Positions 1-9,543 of a stretch of 64,000 bases of DNA are shown here, in pieces. The stretch is taken from the NCBI GenBank assembly GCA_049472355.1, contig JBLIRP010000004.1, forward strand, positions 1-64,000, in the 5' to 3' direction. The stretch's first letter is position 1. The number at the start of each line of letters is the position of its first letter. Below the pieces are notes generated by a model, which was given only the letters and a program-made list of their open reading frames with translations, ran no database searches and was not told the DNA's origin. Source of the DNA: a bacterium. GTDB taxonomy: Bacteria > SZUA-182 > DTGQ01 > JAFGSM01. The translations under genes and the position numbers were made by a program.

Positions 1-265
1 GGGTCTTCTCGCCCACCGGCACCCGGATGGGCTCGCCAGTATCCTCCACATCGATTCCCCGCGCAATCCCGTCCGTCGAGGAAAGGGCCACCGCCCTCAC
101 CTGCCCTGCCCCGATGTGCTGCTGCACCTCCGCAAGGATGGTGGATTTCCTTCCCTCAACCGTCAGGTCGATCTTGAGGGCGTTGAAGATGGCCGGCAGA
201 CTGCCGGGCGGGAATTCCGCATCCAGGGTGGAGCCGATAATCTGCACTACCTTTCCTTTTGCCAT
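1..265 (-). CDS. atpD: F0F1 ATP synthase subunit beta, N-terminal part (gene continues past the window start)
   Basis: Minus-strand translation from the ATG at 263-265 gives MAKGKVVQIIGSTLDAEFPPGSLPAIFNALKIDLTVEGRKSTILAEVQQHIGAGQVRAVALSSTDGIARG..., the conserved beta-subunit N-terminal barrel. It lies directly downstream of atpG as in the canonical operon. Confidence 0.85.
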   Translation of the reverse strand, partial: MAKGKVVQIIGSTLDAEFPPGSLPAIFNALKIDLTVEGRKSTILAEVQQHIGAGQVRAVALSSTDGIARGIDVEDTGEPIRVPVGEKT

Positions 266-282
266 TGGTCAATCTCCTCGTG

Positions 283-1182
283 TCATTCCCTCTGAAGCGC
301 CAAAACGGTGCCCATTATTTCGTTGAGTTCCCTGGTTATCTTGGATTTTCTGAGGGCATGGTAGTCATTGCGCATCTCGGTGATCATGTCCCTTGCCGAG
401 GTCGAGGCCTGCTGCATGGCCAGCCTGCGGCTGATATGCTCGGAAACGATGCTCTCCAGGAGGGCCTGGAAGAGCCTGTTTTTCACAAGCTCCGGCAGGA
501 GGCCGTCGATCATGTCGTGCACGTTCGGCTCGCATACGAACTGGACACGCCCATGATTGGTTGAGGAATGCAGATCCTGGAAGAATTCGTCGCAGGGAAG
601 GAGCGCCTCCACCACCGGGTGCCTGATGGCGGTGGATTCCATGTGGGTATAGATGATGAGCACCTCATCCATCTCCCCGTGTTCCAGGGAGGTGATCAGG
701 CTCTCCGCAAGGGGCAGGATGTCCTCGTAGGTAAACTTGTCCGAAAACTGCTCGCTGGAGAACTTGATCTGGATCCCCTGATTCCGGAAATGCTGGATCG
801 CCTTCTTACCCACCGCAAAGACCTGGGGGACCAGATTTCTCCGGGAGAAGTGCTCATAGGCCCTGTCCGCCTCCTGAAGCACGTGGTGGTTGTATCCGCC
901 GCACATGCCCTGATTGCTCGTGACCACGATCAAGGCAACGGAGGTGATGTTCTCCCTGCCGTGGAGGAGACACAGGTCCCTGAGGCTGTTTTCCTCCTTG
1001 ATGGCGGTGTAGAAAAGATCAGCGGCCATCGCCTTGAGCGCCTTGGAATACTCCCTCGTCTTCTCCAGCCTCCGATTGGTCCGAATGACTCTGACCGCGG
1101 ATATCTTCTCCATGGTCTGGGTGATCTTCTGGATGTTGGCCGCCGCCTCGATCCTCTTGCGTATGTCCCTGAGATTGGCCAT
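283..1182 (-). CDS. atpG: F0F1 ATP synthase subunit gamma
   Basis: The 299-aa ORF begins MANLRDIRKRIEAAANIQKITQTMEKISAVR and ends ...LNEIMGTVLALQRE, the typical gamma-subunit N- and C-terminal helices. It sits between atpA and atpD. Confidence 0.95.
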   Translation of the reverse strand: MANLRDIRKRIEAAANIQKITQTMEKISAVRVIRTNRRLEKTREYSKALKAMAADLFYTAIKEENSLRDLCLLHGRENITSVALIVVTSNQGMCGGYNHHVLQEADRAYEHFSRRNLVPQVFAVGKKAIQHFRNQGIQIKFSSEQFSDKFTYEDILPLAESLITSLEHGEMDEVLIIYTHMESTAIRHPVVEALLPCDEFFQDLHSSTNHGRVQFVCEPNVHDMIDGLLPELVKNRLFQALLESIVSEHISRRLAMQQASTSARDMITEMRNDYHALRKSKITRELNEIMGTVLALQRE

Positions 1183-1200
1183 AGTTGCGTCCTTACCCGA

Positions 1201-2793
1201 TCATCGTCGGGCGCGGCCCTCCTTGACGAACGGCCCGGGGATATCGTCGTCATCAGGCTCTTCACCCGGCAGTTCAATGAGCTTGTGGTCCCTCAGGAAT
1301 TTCTGGCTGTATTCCTCCCCGATCTCGTTCAGGTGTTTCTTATTGGTAAGCTTGCCTGTCTCCCTGATACCCTTCAACACCTCGGGATACACCCCGTGCA
1401 CGTAATCGAGGAACTCCCGCTCGAACTCCTTGATCTTGTCAAGCGGGATCTCGTCACAATACCCGTGGGTAGCCACATAGATGATGAGGACCTGGTCCTC
1501 CACCGCCATGGTCCTGAACTGGAGCTGTTTCAGGACCTCCACCAGGCACATCCCCCGCTTCAATTGTCGCTGCGTTGCAGGGTCGAGGTTGGTGCCGAGT
1601 TGGGAGAATGCCTGGAGCTCACGGAACTGGGCCATCTCCAGTCTCAAGGTGCCCGCCACCTCCTTCATGGCCGGGATCTGGGCGTTCCCTCCCACACGGG
1701 AGACGGATATGCCCGCATCCACCGCTGGACGTATGCCTGCTGCGAAGAGGTTGGGCAGAAGGTAGATCTGGCCGTCGGTGATGGAGATGATATTGGTGGG
1801 GATATAGGCGGAGACCTCACCCTCCTGTGTCTCGATGATGGGGAGGGCGGTCATGGAACCACCGCCGCACTCGTCGGAGAGCTTTGCCGCCCGTTCCAAA
1901 AGGCGCGAGTGCAGGTAGAACACATCGCCGGGGTATGCCTCCCTGCCGGGAGGACGATTCAAAAGCAGGGAGAGCTGCCGGTAGGCATCGGCGTGTTTCG
2001 ACAGGTCGTCGTACACCACCAGGGTATCCTGCCCCTTTTCATACATGAAGTATTCGGCAATGGCGCACCCCGCATAGGGGGCGATGTACTGGAGGGGAAA
2101 GTTGCTGCTGGCGCCCGCCGAGACCACCACCGTGTAGTCCATTGAACCGCACTGCTTCATTTTTTCCACAACCGCGGCGATGGTGGAGGTCTTCTGGCCG
2201 ATTGCCACATATACGCAAATCACCCCGGTGTCCTTCTGGTTCAGGATCGTATCGATGGCGATGGCGGTCTTGCCGGTCTTGCGGTCCCCTATGATAAGCT
2301 CGCGCTGTCCCCTGCCGATGGGGACCATGGCGTCGATCGCCTTGAGCCCGCTCTGCAGCGGGACCTTGATCGGTTTGCGGGAGGCGATGCCCGGTGCGTT
2401 TGACTCCACCAGGCGATACTTCTTGCACCGCACCGGTCCCATGTCGTCCATGGGCACGCCGAGGGGGTCGATAACCCTGCCGAGAACGGCCTCTCCCACC
2501 GGAACGGAGAGGAGCTTTCCCAGCCTCTTCACCTGAAAACCCTCCTTTATCTTCAGATAATCGCCGAGGATCACCACGCCCACCGTTTCGTGCTCCAGGT
2601 TGAACACGATCCCCTGGATCCCGTTCTCGAATTCCACCATCTCCGACGACATGGCATTGTGCAGACCGCTCACCCGGGCGATCCCGTCCCCCAACTCGAG
2701 GACGGTGCCGATCTCGTCCACCTCGAGCTGGGATTCGTAGGTTTCCAACTCCTTTTGTATAATTTGTGACAGCTCAGCCAGATTCACCTTCAT
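1201..2793 (-). CDS. atpA: F0F1 ATP synthase subunit alpha, with a short acidic C-terminal extension
   Basis: The 530-aa ORF carries the Walker A motif [19 protein letters not shown] and other conserved alpha-subunit blocks. The C-terminus ends in an unusual [20 protein letters not shown] tail. Confidence 0.95.
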   Translation of the reverse strand: MKVNLAELSQIIQKELETYESQLEVDEIGTVLELGDGIARVSGLHNAMSSEMVEFENGIQGIVFNLEHETVGVVILGDYLKIKEGFQVKRLGKLLSVPVGEAVLGRVIDPLGVPMDDMGPVRCKKYRLVESNAPGIASRKPIKVPLQSGLKAIDAMVPIGRGQRELIIGDRKTGKTAIAIDTILNQKDTGVICVYVAIGQKTSTIAAVVEKMKQCGSMDYTVVVSAGASSNFPLQYIAPYAGCAIAEYFMYEKGQDTLVVYDDLSKHADAYRQLSLLLNRPPGREAYPGDVFYLHSRLLERAAKLSDECGGGSMTALPIIETQEGEVSAYIPTNIISITDGQIYLLPNLFAAGIRPAVDAGISVSRVGGNAQIPAMKEVAGTLRLEMAQFRELQAFSQLGTNLDPATQRQLKRGMCLVEVLKQLQFRTMAVEDQVLIIYVATHGYCDEIPLDKIKEFEREFLDYVHGVYPEVLKGIRETGKLTNKKHLNEIGEEYSQKFLRDHKLIELPGEEPDDDDIPGPFVKEGRARR

Positions 2794-3431
2794 CGCTTTC
2801 CGTCCCCCTCACACGGCTTCAATAGAATGTGTGATTTCAGTTTCTCAAGCTCCCTTTTCAACGACATGTCGATCTTGATCGAATCCGCATAACATACAAA
2901 TCCCCCCAGTATGTCCGGATCAACCTCGTTACGGAGAATGACCTCCCTTTTCAAGGATTGCTCGAGCCCTTGTTGAAGTCTCTTCTTCTGGATATCGTTC
3001 AAGGGAAAGGGCGATATGACCCGGACCCTGCGCCGCTCCTGAACGTCGTCCGCCATGTTGCTGAGCGCTGCATAGATCGCCGGAAGAAGATCGACATGAT
3101 TGTTGTCCATAACCTTTTCGATAAAATAGAGGACGCTCGCATGGACAAATGTGCCGAAGAAATGGCGAAGCCGTGCCTTCCTCATTGTGCGATTGATGGC
3201 GTGACATTCCAGAAACTGCTTCAATGCAGGCACCTCGCGCCATACCCTGATGAAATCCCCGAACCCCGTGCAGACCTGTTCCAGAAGGCCCGTATCCCGC
3301 GCAAATACGAAAAGTGCGCGTGCATACGCCATGGAGGCCTTATACCGCTTATGGCCCAGGCTTAAAAGAACATCCTGCTCCGAATCCGGGCCGGCTGTTT
3401 CAGGTGTGCACGACTTAACCCCTTTTGACAT
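2790..3431 (-). CDS. atpH: F0F1 ATP synthase subunit delta (OSCP). The true start is probably the internal Met near 3332.
   Basis: It lies between atpF and atpA, and the C-terminal region [62 protein letters not shown] is delta-like. The 213-aa ORF is about 30 aa longer than typical delta. MAYARALF at about 3332 gives a standard length. Confidence 0.8.
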   Translation of the reverse strand: MSKGVKSCTPETAGPDSEQDVLLSLGHKRYKASMAYARALFVFARDTGLLEQVCTGFGDFIRVWREVPALKQFLECHAINRTMRKARLRHFFGTFVHASVLYFIEKVMDNNHVDLLPAIYAALSNMADDVQERRRVRVISPFPLNDIQKKRLQQGLEQSLKREVILRNEVDPDILGGFVCYADSIKIDMSLKRELEKLKSHILLKPCEGDGKR

Positions 3432-3936
3432 GTTTCAGGTACTCCTCGAGGTATTTATCCATGAGACGTTCACCCTCGCCGGGATCGATCTGCTTGAGGA
3501 GAAACTTCCTGCTCATCTCGAAGGTGATGTTCACCAATTCCCCCTTGAATTCCTCCAATGCCTTGTCCCGGAGCTGCTCTATATCCCTCTGTGCCTTCTG
3601 GAGGAGTTTCTCCGCCTCCTTCTTTGCCTCGGTCAGGATATTGTTCTTGATCTCGACCGTGGACGCCTTGGTCCTGCTCACGATGGAAAGGGACTCCTCC
3701 TTCGCCTTGAGGAGCATCTTCTTTCGCTGCTCCAGGAGACCGTCCGCGACCTCCTTCTCCTGCCTGATATGCTCCAGGTCATTGGCGATCCTCGCGGAGC
3801 GGGCATCCAGGGCATGCAGGATGGCCCTCCACACGTACTTCCACAGGACAAATACCATGAGACCGAAGGTGATGAGCGTCCAGATCACCATCCCGGGCTG
3901 GATCTCTAAGAGCCCCTCTCTGATGATATCGAGCAT
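3415..3936 (-). CDS. atpF: F0F1 ATP synthase F0 subunit b
   Basis: 173 aa with a single N-terminal TM segment (MVIWTLITFGLMVFVLWKYVW) followed by a long charged coiled coil, the typical b-subunit architecture. Operon position supports the call. Confidence 0.9.
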   Translation of the reverse strand: MLDIIREGLLEIQPGMVIWTLITFGLMVFVLWKYVWRAILHALDARSARIANDLEHIRQEKEVADGLLEQRKKMLLKAKEESLSIVSRTKASTVEIKNNILTEAKKEAEKLLQKAQRDIEQLRDKALEEFKGELVNITFEMSRKFLLKQIDPGEGERLMDKYLEEYLKHVKRG

Positions 3937-3957
3937 CGGACCGTCCCCCTCCTGTGA

Positions 3958-4188
3958 CTACTTCGTGGCCACGATGATACAGATCACCAGGGCGAAGAGG
4001 GCGATCCCTTCGACAAGGGCTGCGCCGATGAGCATGGTGGCCCTGAGGGGATTCAGGGTATCCGGCTGCCTGGCTATCCCCTGAAGGGAGGCCCCGCCGA
4101 TCAGACCAATCCCGATGCCTGCGCCCACAGCCGTCAATCCTGCGCCGAGTGCGGCTCCTAATGCTGCGATGTTTGGTACCATTTCCAT
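3958..4188 (-). CDS. atpE: F0F1 ATP synthase F0 subunit c (proteolipid)
   Basis: MEMVPNIAALGAALGAGLTAVGAGIGIGLIGGASLQGIARQPDTLNPLRATMLIGAALVEGIALFALVICIIVATK is a two-helix hairpin with the conserved ARQP loop and carboxylate E. A strong SD (AAGGAGG) precedes ATGGAAATG. The upstream in-frame Met at 4260 is unlikely to be the start. Confidence 0.9.
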   Translation of the reverse strand: MEMVPNIAALGAALGAGLTAVGAGIGIGLIGGASLQGIARQPDTLNPLRATMLIGAALVEGIALFALVICIIVATK

Positions 4189-4231
4189 ACCCTCCTTTGC
4201 GTGCTGCACGTTACCTATCAAACGGCGCCTG

Positions 4232-5065
4232 TCAATGCGCCTCTCCCGCCATGCCCACAAAGATGGCGGAGAGAAAGGTGAATATATATGCCTGCAGCAG
4301 GCATATGAAGATCTCCAGGAGACTCACCGCCACTGCGGTGGGGACCGTGAAGATCCCGATGAACACGTTTTTGAACATGATGACCAGGTAGAGGATCACA
4401 AAGATGACGATATGCCCTGCCAGCATGTTGGCAAACAGCCGTATCATGAGGGCGAAGGGCTTGCTGAACATGCTGATGAATTCGTTCAGCCCTATGATCG
4501 GGGCCAGGAACCACGGCACCCCCTCGGGCACCAGGTGCTTCCAGTATGTCAGCGGCCCGTTCAGGACCATGCCGTACACCTGCGTAAAGACAAAGGTGAC
4601 CAGGGCCAATCCCATGGTAACCGCCAGGTTCGAGGTCACGGTCACCGAATGGGGGAGCAAACCCATCAGGTTGCACGCCAGGATGAACAGGAACTGGGTG
4701 CAGAAAAAGTGCAGGTATGCCCGCTCCCTGTCAGGTCCTATGAAGGGACGGACAATGTCATCCCTGACGAACTCGATGAACAGCTCGAGCATGACCATGG
4801 AGCGGTCCGGGGCGCCGGTCCCCCGCTTCCTGTACCTTCGAGCGATCATGTACAGGGCGGAAAAGAGCAATGCGGAGGTGATCCACATGAAGATCACGTA
4901 CTTCGTGATGCTCATATCCAGGCCGAAGAACCTCATCCGCACCACAACGCTGTCCGAAAGGTGATGAGTAAGAAGCTCGAATATGTTGTCCGAAGGATGT
5001 GTCATACCCTTCCCGTACCCCCATACTTCATGACAAGGTGCCACTATCGTCGATTGAAGTCGCAT
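4232..5065 (-). CDS. atpB: F0F1 ATP synthase F0 subunit a. The start may be the internal Met at about 5005 (MTHPSDN).
   Basis: Polytopic membrane protein with the conserved LMIRLFANMLAGH motif carrying the essential Arg of subunit a. It is the first gene of the operon on the minus strand. Confidence 0.9.
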   Translation of the reverse strand: MRLQSTIVAPCHEVWGYGKGMTHPSDNIFELLTHHLSDSVVVRMRFFGLDMSITKYVIFMWITSALLFSALYMIARRYRKRGTGAPDRSMVMLELFIEFVRDDIVRPFIGPDRERAYLHFFCTQFLFILACNLMGLLPHSVTVTSNLAVTMGLALVTFVFTQVYGMVLNGPLTYWKHLVPEGVPWFLAPIIGLNEFISMFSKPFALMIRLFANMLAGHIVIFVILYLVIMFKNVFIGIFTVPTAVAVSLLEIFICLLQAYIFTFLSAIFVGMAGEAH

Positions 5066-5416
5066 GGTGATGGATGGTGATAGACATCGGCACCGACACC
5101 TCTGTGTCTAATTCCTTTATCGGCCGCGTATGGCAAAAACTTTGCGCAAATCGCGCATGTAACAACGTAAGTGCTCTTAAAAATGCCCGTCAATTTGGTA
5201 TAAGAAACCTCCTCGGGAGGGTTGCCCGGTTCCAGAGAGTGGTCGTTGTATGGGATAAGGCCCGAAAAACCCGCATCACTCCTTGCCTCAGGGGTAGTAA
5301 AGGTCATCGGGTCGCGGGAGCGCGATTGTTGTTGCACCACGCCCCGCGCTTTAGTAAGCTATGAGAAACCACGATTCACTGGATGAACACCAAAGGACTC
5401 CGGAGGAGCGAGCAGT

Positions 5417-6385
5417 TTGGAAACCCATAATCCTCACAGAGCGATTACCGGCAACCCTCCCGACCCTATCACCCTGTCCGGGAAGGAATCCTATCACCTG
5501 CAGTTTCGTTTCGAATACGGCTTTCTGGACGATGGGACCCTCTGGATAAGGACCCCCGCAAAGGGCCTCTATCATGTGGATTGGCTCACGCTTCGCCTGC
5601 TCCTGGAACTGAACGCGGGTGTACCGCTGGACACGCTCTGCAAAAAGTACAAGGTTGATCCACAGGAACTCGGAAAGCTCCTGATCAACCTGCAGCAGGA
5701 GGGGGCCGTCGTTTCTCCCAGGGAGGGCAAGATCACCCAGGCACACCAGACGGATGACATCCCTATCGCCCCCTTCGTGTTTCTCTTCATCCTGCTCGCC
5801 GCGATTCAGATCGAGTACTTCCAGGGTATGGCCCACACCTTTCGCCTCAGGCATTGGTACGAGGCCCTGCTCCTGGGCCTGGTCTCCATGCTTCCCATCG
5901 TGCTGCACGAACTGGGACACTATCTCACCTCGCGCCCCTACTTCCCTTCGCGCCTCGGTTTCACCTTCCTGTGGGTCTTCCCCGCTGTTTACATCGACAC
6001 CCATCCATCCTGGTGCCTGCCGCGCAACATTCGACTGCTCATCAACTCAGCGGGGCTCCTCGCGGACCTCGTGTTCAACACCCTCCTGATCTTCCTGGTG
6101 TTCTATAACCCTTCTTTGGAATACTATGTAACCCCGCTGCTCATACTGCAGTACACCCGCTGGAGCATCATTCTCAACCCCCTGGTAAACGGCGACGGAT
6201 ACTGGCTCCTCTCCGACTTCACCCGCACCGTCAACATGCGCCAGAAGGCATGGAAGTACCTTCGCACCCGGCGTTTCCACTGGCTTTCACTCTACGGGTT
6301 CCTCGCACTCCTCTTCTCGATCTTCTCGGTGCTGGGACTCATCTGGTTTGCCGTGAACCTGTTTCGCATAGGTATATCACTATGA
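5417..6385 (+). CDS. PqqD-like RiPP recognition element (RRE) fused to an M50-family (site-2 protease-like) integral membrane zinc metalloprotease. It has a TTG start with a GGAGGAG SD 8 nt upstream.
   Basis: The N-terminal ~100 aa (YHVDWLTLRLLLELNAGVPLDTLCKKYKVDPQELGKLLINLQQEGAVV) fit the PqqD/RRE pattern. The membrane domain has HELGH (HExxH) within a TM helix and a downstream NPLVNGDGYWLL (LDG-type) motif, as in M50 peptidases. It is divergent from atpB and directly upstream of the rSAM genes. Confidence 0.7.
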   Translation: METHNPHRAITGNPPDPITLSGKESYHLQFRFEYGFLDDGTLWIRTPAKGLYHVDWLTLRLLLELNAGVPLDTLCKKYKVDPQELGKLLINLQQEGAVVSPREGKITQAHQTDDIPIAPFVFLFILLAAIQIEYFQGMAHTFRLRHWYEALLLGLVSMLPIVLHELGHYLTSRPYFPSRLGFTFLWVFPAVYIDTHPSWCLPRNIRLLINSAGLLADLVFNTLLIFLVFYNPSLEYYVTPLLILQYTRWSIILNPLVNGDGYWLLSDFTRTVNMRQKAWKYLRTRRFHWLSLYGFLALLFSIFSVLGLIWFAVNLFRIGISL

Positions 6386-6406
6386 GGGTCTAACCCTTCG
6401 AGGGAG

Positions 6407-8461
6407 ATGACAATGAACTATGCCTTTCTGAAGATACTGTTGATCATACTGGGCGGCATTGCCCTGGTAGGCTCTTCGATGAAGATCATGAAGGAATATG
6501 AACGGGCCGTGGTCTTCCGCCTGGGAAAACTCCTTGGCACCAAGGGTCCCGGCCTGATATTCCTTATACCCCTCTTTGACCGGATCAAGACGGTGGACCT
6601 TCGGCTGGTGTCCATCGACGTGCCGCGGCAGGACATCATGACCAGAGACAATGTGCCGGTCACCGTGGACGCGGTGGTCTATTTTCAGATCACCGACCCC
6701 TCGTGCGCGGTCATCACCATCCAGGACATCTATCAGTCCACCTTCCTCATCGCCCAGGCGACGCTGCGCAACGTGCTCGGGCAGGTGGAACTGGATGATC
6801 TGCTCAGCCAGCAGACCAAGATAAACGAACAACTGGAGAAGATCATCTCCGTACATACCAAACAGTGGGGGATCCGGATTTCCATCGTGGAGATCAAGGA
6901 GGTCACCCTGCCGGAGCAGATGAAACGGGCCATGGCCAAACAGGCGGAGACGGAGCGGGAGCGGAGGGCCAGGCTCATCGATGCCCAGGCCGAGTATCAG
7001 GCCTCCCGGACCCTGGCGGATGCGGGAAGGATCCTGGCCCAGAATCCCCAGGGATTGCAGCTCCGCTATCTGCAAACCCTTAGGGATATCTCCTCGAACA
7101 AGGGCTCCACCATACTCTTTCCCATGCCGCTAAACCTCCTGAGCCCCTTCCTGGACAGGGTGGGCGAGGTGTTCAAGACCGCACGGGGTACACAGCCATC
7201 TGAGGCGGAATCCATCCCTGCCGGAAGGAGCGCATCCACACCTGCAGTCGAGCCCCTCACGGAAAAGCATAAGTCCGCAACCCCGGTTGCCGAACCATTT
7301 CCGGTGAATGAAAGGCCAGCAGCCACGCCCGCCGAGCCCCTCTTCGCGCAGACAAAAACCGCACCCCAGGCAGCCGTTCCGCAGGGCGACCTCACAGAGC
7401 AATCGCTCATCGAACGATATACCAAACGCACCGCGGAAGGGGGGGTGGTGCCGCGGTTCGTGCAGTGGGTGCTCACCGATCGATGCCAGTTTCAATGCCC
7501 CCACTGTGATACCGCCGCCGGGGGGCCACAGGAAGGCGAGCTTACCACTGAGCAGGCACACAAGGTGGTGGACGACCTTGCCGCGATGGGATGCGAGTTC
7601 CTCTCCCTCACCGGCGGAGAGCCGATGCTGCGCGAGGATTTCTTTGCCGTCGCCTGCTATGCCAAGGAGAAGGGATTGCCCCTCGGCCTGACCACCAACG
7701 CGCAGGCCGTCGAGGAGCACCTTGCAGCGCTTGCCGATCTCAAACTCGATTCGGTGGTGGTGACCCTGGACGGCTACGGCGACGTCCAGAACAGGATACG
7801 CAATGCGCATGATTCCTACGAGCGGGGGATCAGGGGGATCGAGTTCTTCCACGATATCGGCGTTCCCAGGATCTGCGTGTCCACGATCCTTGTCGAGGAG
7901 AGCCTCGCCGGGCTCCCCCGTTTGACGGAGGATGTGTTCCGGTCAGGCGCCAATCTGATGCAGGTACAGCCGCAGGTATACCTGAATGGCCGACCGGAGC
8001 GCAACACGCCCGAGGTGGTGAAGGGGGCCTTCAAATTCATCCTGGGGGCCCGAACACGCGGATTTCCCGTGGAGGCAGGGGAACAATTCGGCTTTCTTGG
8101 CCCCCTGGAGCAGATCCTGAGGCCATCCCCGTTTTTCTGCGGGTGCGGGTGGAACACCTTTTGCATTACCAACAATGGAACGATCCAGGGCTGTCAGGCC
8201 TTGTCCCGTACGGATATCCGCGAGGGAAACTGCACGCAGGATACATTAAGCATAATATGGCAGGAGGGTTTCACGTCTTTTCGTAAAGAAACACCCGAAT
8301 CCCTTCCGGAGGGATGTCGGCGATGCCCTCACCTTTCCGTGTGCAGGGGGGGATGCTGGATCCTCCGCGTGTACGGGTTGAATCCCTGCTTCCTGCTGGA
8401 GGCGGAACAGGTTCACCGGGAGATTACCGATGCAGCAGCGCTATATCCTCAAACTCCTTAA
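6407..8461 (+). CDS. Fusion protein: N-terminal TM anchor plus stomatin/SPFH (band 7) domain, a Pro/Ala/Thr-rich linker, then a radical SAM domain with a C-terminal SPASM domain
   Basis: Residues ~25-245 align almost residue-for-residue with stomatin (EYERAVVFRLGKLLGTKGPGLIFLIPLFDRIKTVDLR...IAQATLRNVLGQVELDDLLSQ...GLQLRYLQTLRDISSNKGSTILFPMPLNLL). Residues ~345-684 carry the CxxxCxxC motif (CQFQCPHC), a GGEP motif (LTGGEPML) and a Cys-rich SPASM tail (FFCGCGWNTFCITNNGTIQGC...CRRCPHLSVCRGGC). The SD sits at 6400-6406; ATG 6407 and ATG 6413 are both possible starts. Confidence 0.8.
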   Translation: MTMNYAFLKILLIILGGIALVGSSMKIMKEYERAVVFRLGKLLGTKGPGLIFLIPLFDRIKTVDLRLVSIDVPRQDIMTRDNVPVTVDAVVYFQITDPSCAVITIQDIYQSTFLIAQATLRNVLGQVELDDLLSQQTKINEQLEKIISVHTKQWGIRISIVEIKEVTLPEQMKRAMAKQAETERERRARLIDAQAEYQASRTLADAGRILAQNPQGLQLRYLQTLRDISSNKGSTILFPMPLNLLSPFLDRVGEVFKTARGTQPSEAESIPAGRSASTPAVEPLTEKHKSATPVAEPFPVNERPAATPAEPLFAQTKTAPQAAVPQGDLTEQSLIERYTKRTAEGGVVPRFVQWVLTDRCQFQCPHCDTAAGGPQEGELTTEQAHKVVDDLAAMGCEFLSLTGGEPMLREDFFAVACYAKEKGLPLGLTTNAQAVEEHLAALADLKLDSVVVTLDGYGDVQNRIRNAHDSYERGIRGIEFFHDIGVPRICVSTILVEESLAGLPRLTEDVFRSGANLMQVQPQVYLNGRPERNTPEVVKGAFKFILGARTRGFPVEAGEQFGFLGPLEQILRPSPFFCGCGWNTFCITNNGTIQGCQALSRTDIREGNCTQDTLSIIWQEGFTSFRKETPESLPEGCRRCPHLSVCRGGCWILRVYGLNPCFLLEAEQVHREITDAAALYPQTP

Positions 8462-9536
8462 GGAGCGACCCAGGTACTTCCTGGACCGGATCAGGTTCTA
8501 TCCCAAGAACGTGGTGTGGGAGCTCACCCTGCGGTGCAACATGAACTGCGCCCACTGCGGGTCCACCGCCGGGCATGCCAGGCAGGAGGAGCTGAATCAC
8601 GATGAGGCCCTGGATCTCTGCCGCCAGCTCGGGGAGATGGGGTGCGAGATCCTCACCCTGCTCGGGGGCGAGCCCTTCATGCGGGAGGACTGGGACGACC
8701 TCGCCCGGTGTCTCGGGTCGCACGGGGTGCGGGTGAATGCCATCACCAACGGCTATGCCATGGACCAGGCGCTGGCCGACCGGATCAAAAAGGCACGCCT
8801 CACCAACGTGGCCGTCAGTATCGACGGTCTCAAAAAAACACACGAGAAGATACGAAGAAAGCCCGACTGCTACCAGCGGGCCCTGAACGCCCTCGACATC
8901 CTTCAAAAAAACGGGATATCCACCGCGGTGGTCACCACCATCTGCCGTGACAACCTCCCGGAGCTGGACGGCCTCTACGAGGTGATACTCCGGCAACGGG
9001 TGGAGATCTGGCAGATCCAGATCGGGGTCCCCCGGGGGAGGCTGTGCGAACACAGCGACTACATCATCCAGCCGGAGAACCTCCCGGAGCTCGAGCGGTT
9101 CACCCTGAAGATTCGGGAGGAACGACGACTGCGCCTGGATATCGCAGACAATATCGGCTATTTCGGCAGAAGCGAGGAGGTCCTGAGGGCGGGCCCCACG
9201 GCGAGGCTGCCCTTCTGGACCGGCTGCTATGCGGGGATCCAGGCCATGGGCGTCGATGCAAACGGGGACATCAAGGGATGTCTCTCCATGCCGTCGTTGC
9301 CCGAATTCATCGAAGGAAACGTGCGCAAAGAGCCCCTCAAGACGATCTGGGAAAGGCCGGGGGCCTTTTCCTACAATCGCGATTTCCGTGCGGATATGCT
9401 CGAGGGGGATTGCGCGGATTGCGAATATGGTCATATCTGCCGTGCAGGATGTAAATCCACGGCCTATTGCTTTACCGGTTCCTTTTTCAACAACCCCTAT
9501 TGCTTTCACCGGATCGAAAGCAAAGGAAGGGAGTGA
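8430..9536 (+). CDS. Radical SAM/SPASM domain peptide-modifying enzyme (second of a tandem pair)
   Basis: The motifs are CNMNCAHC (CxxxCxxC), LLGGEPFMRED and a SPASM C-terminus (GCYAGIQAMGVDANGDIKGC...EGDCADCEYGHICRAGCKSTAYCF). It overlaps the upstream gene by 32 nt, which indicates translational coupling. Confidence 0.85.
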   Translation: MQQRYILKLLKERPRYFLDRIRFYPKNVVWELTLRCNMNCAHCGSTAGHARQEELNHDEALDLCRQLGEMGCEILTLLGGEPFMREDWDDLARCLGSHGVRVNAITNGYAMDQALADRIKKARLTNVAVSIDGLKKTHEKIRRKPDCYQRALNALDILQKNGISTAVVTTICRDNLPELDGLYEVILRQRVEIWQIQIGVPRGRLCEHSDYIIQPENLPELERFTLKIREERRLRLDIADNIGYFGRSEEVLRAGPTARLPFWTGCYAGIQAMGVDANGDIKGCLSMPSLPEFIEGNVRKEPLKTIWERPGAFSYNRDFRADMLEGDCADCEYGHICRAGCKSTAYCFTGSFFNNPYCFHRIESKGRE

Positions 9537-9543
9537 TACGACA

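Noticed and set aside
568-2145. 525-aa plus-strand ORF overlapping atpG/atpA
   Set aside because: It is antisense to two strongly supported ATP synthase genes. It is a typical shadow ORF in high-GC DNA, rich in Arg/Gly/His/Leu, with no motif.
4115-5080. 321-aa plus-strand ORF opposite atpB/atpE
   Set aside because: Antisense to the subunit a and c genes, low-complexity His/Asp/Gly-rich. A shadow ORF.
5044-5364. Small ORFs upstream of atpB that might be atpI/atpZ
   Set aside because: They have no hydrophobic helices as expected for AtpI/AtpZ. The region is more likely the divergent promoter region shared by the atp operon and the RRE-M50 gene.
6380-7852. Minus-strand ORFs of 231 and 240 aa inside the SPFH-rSAM gene
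   Set aside because: They are antisense to a gene with near-perfect stomatin similarity. They have Gly/Pro/Arg-rich composition and no start context.
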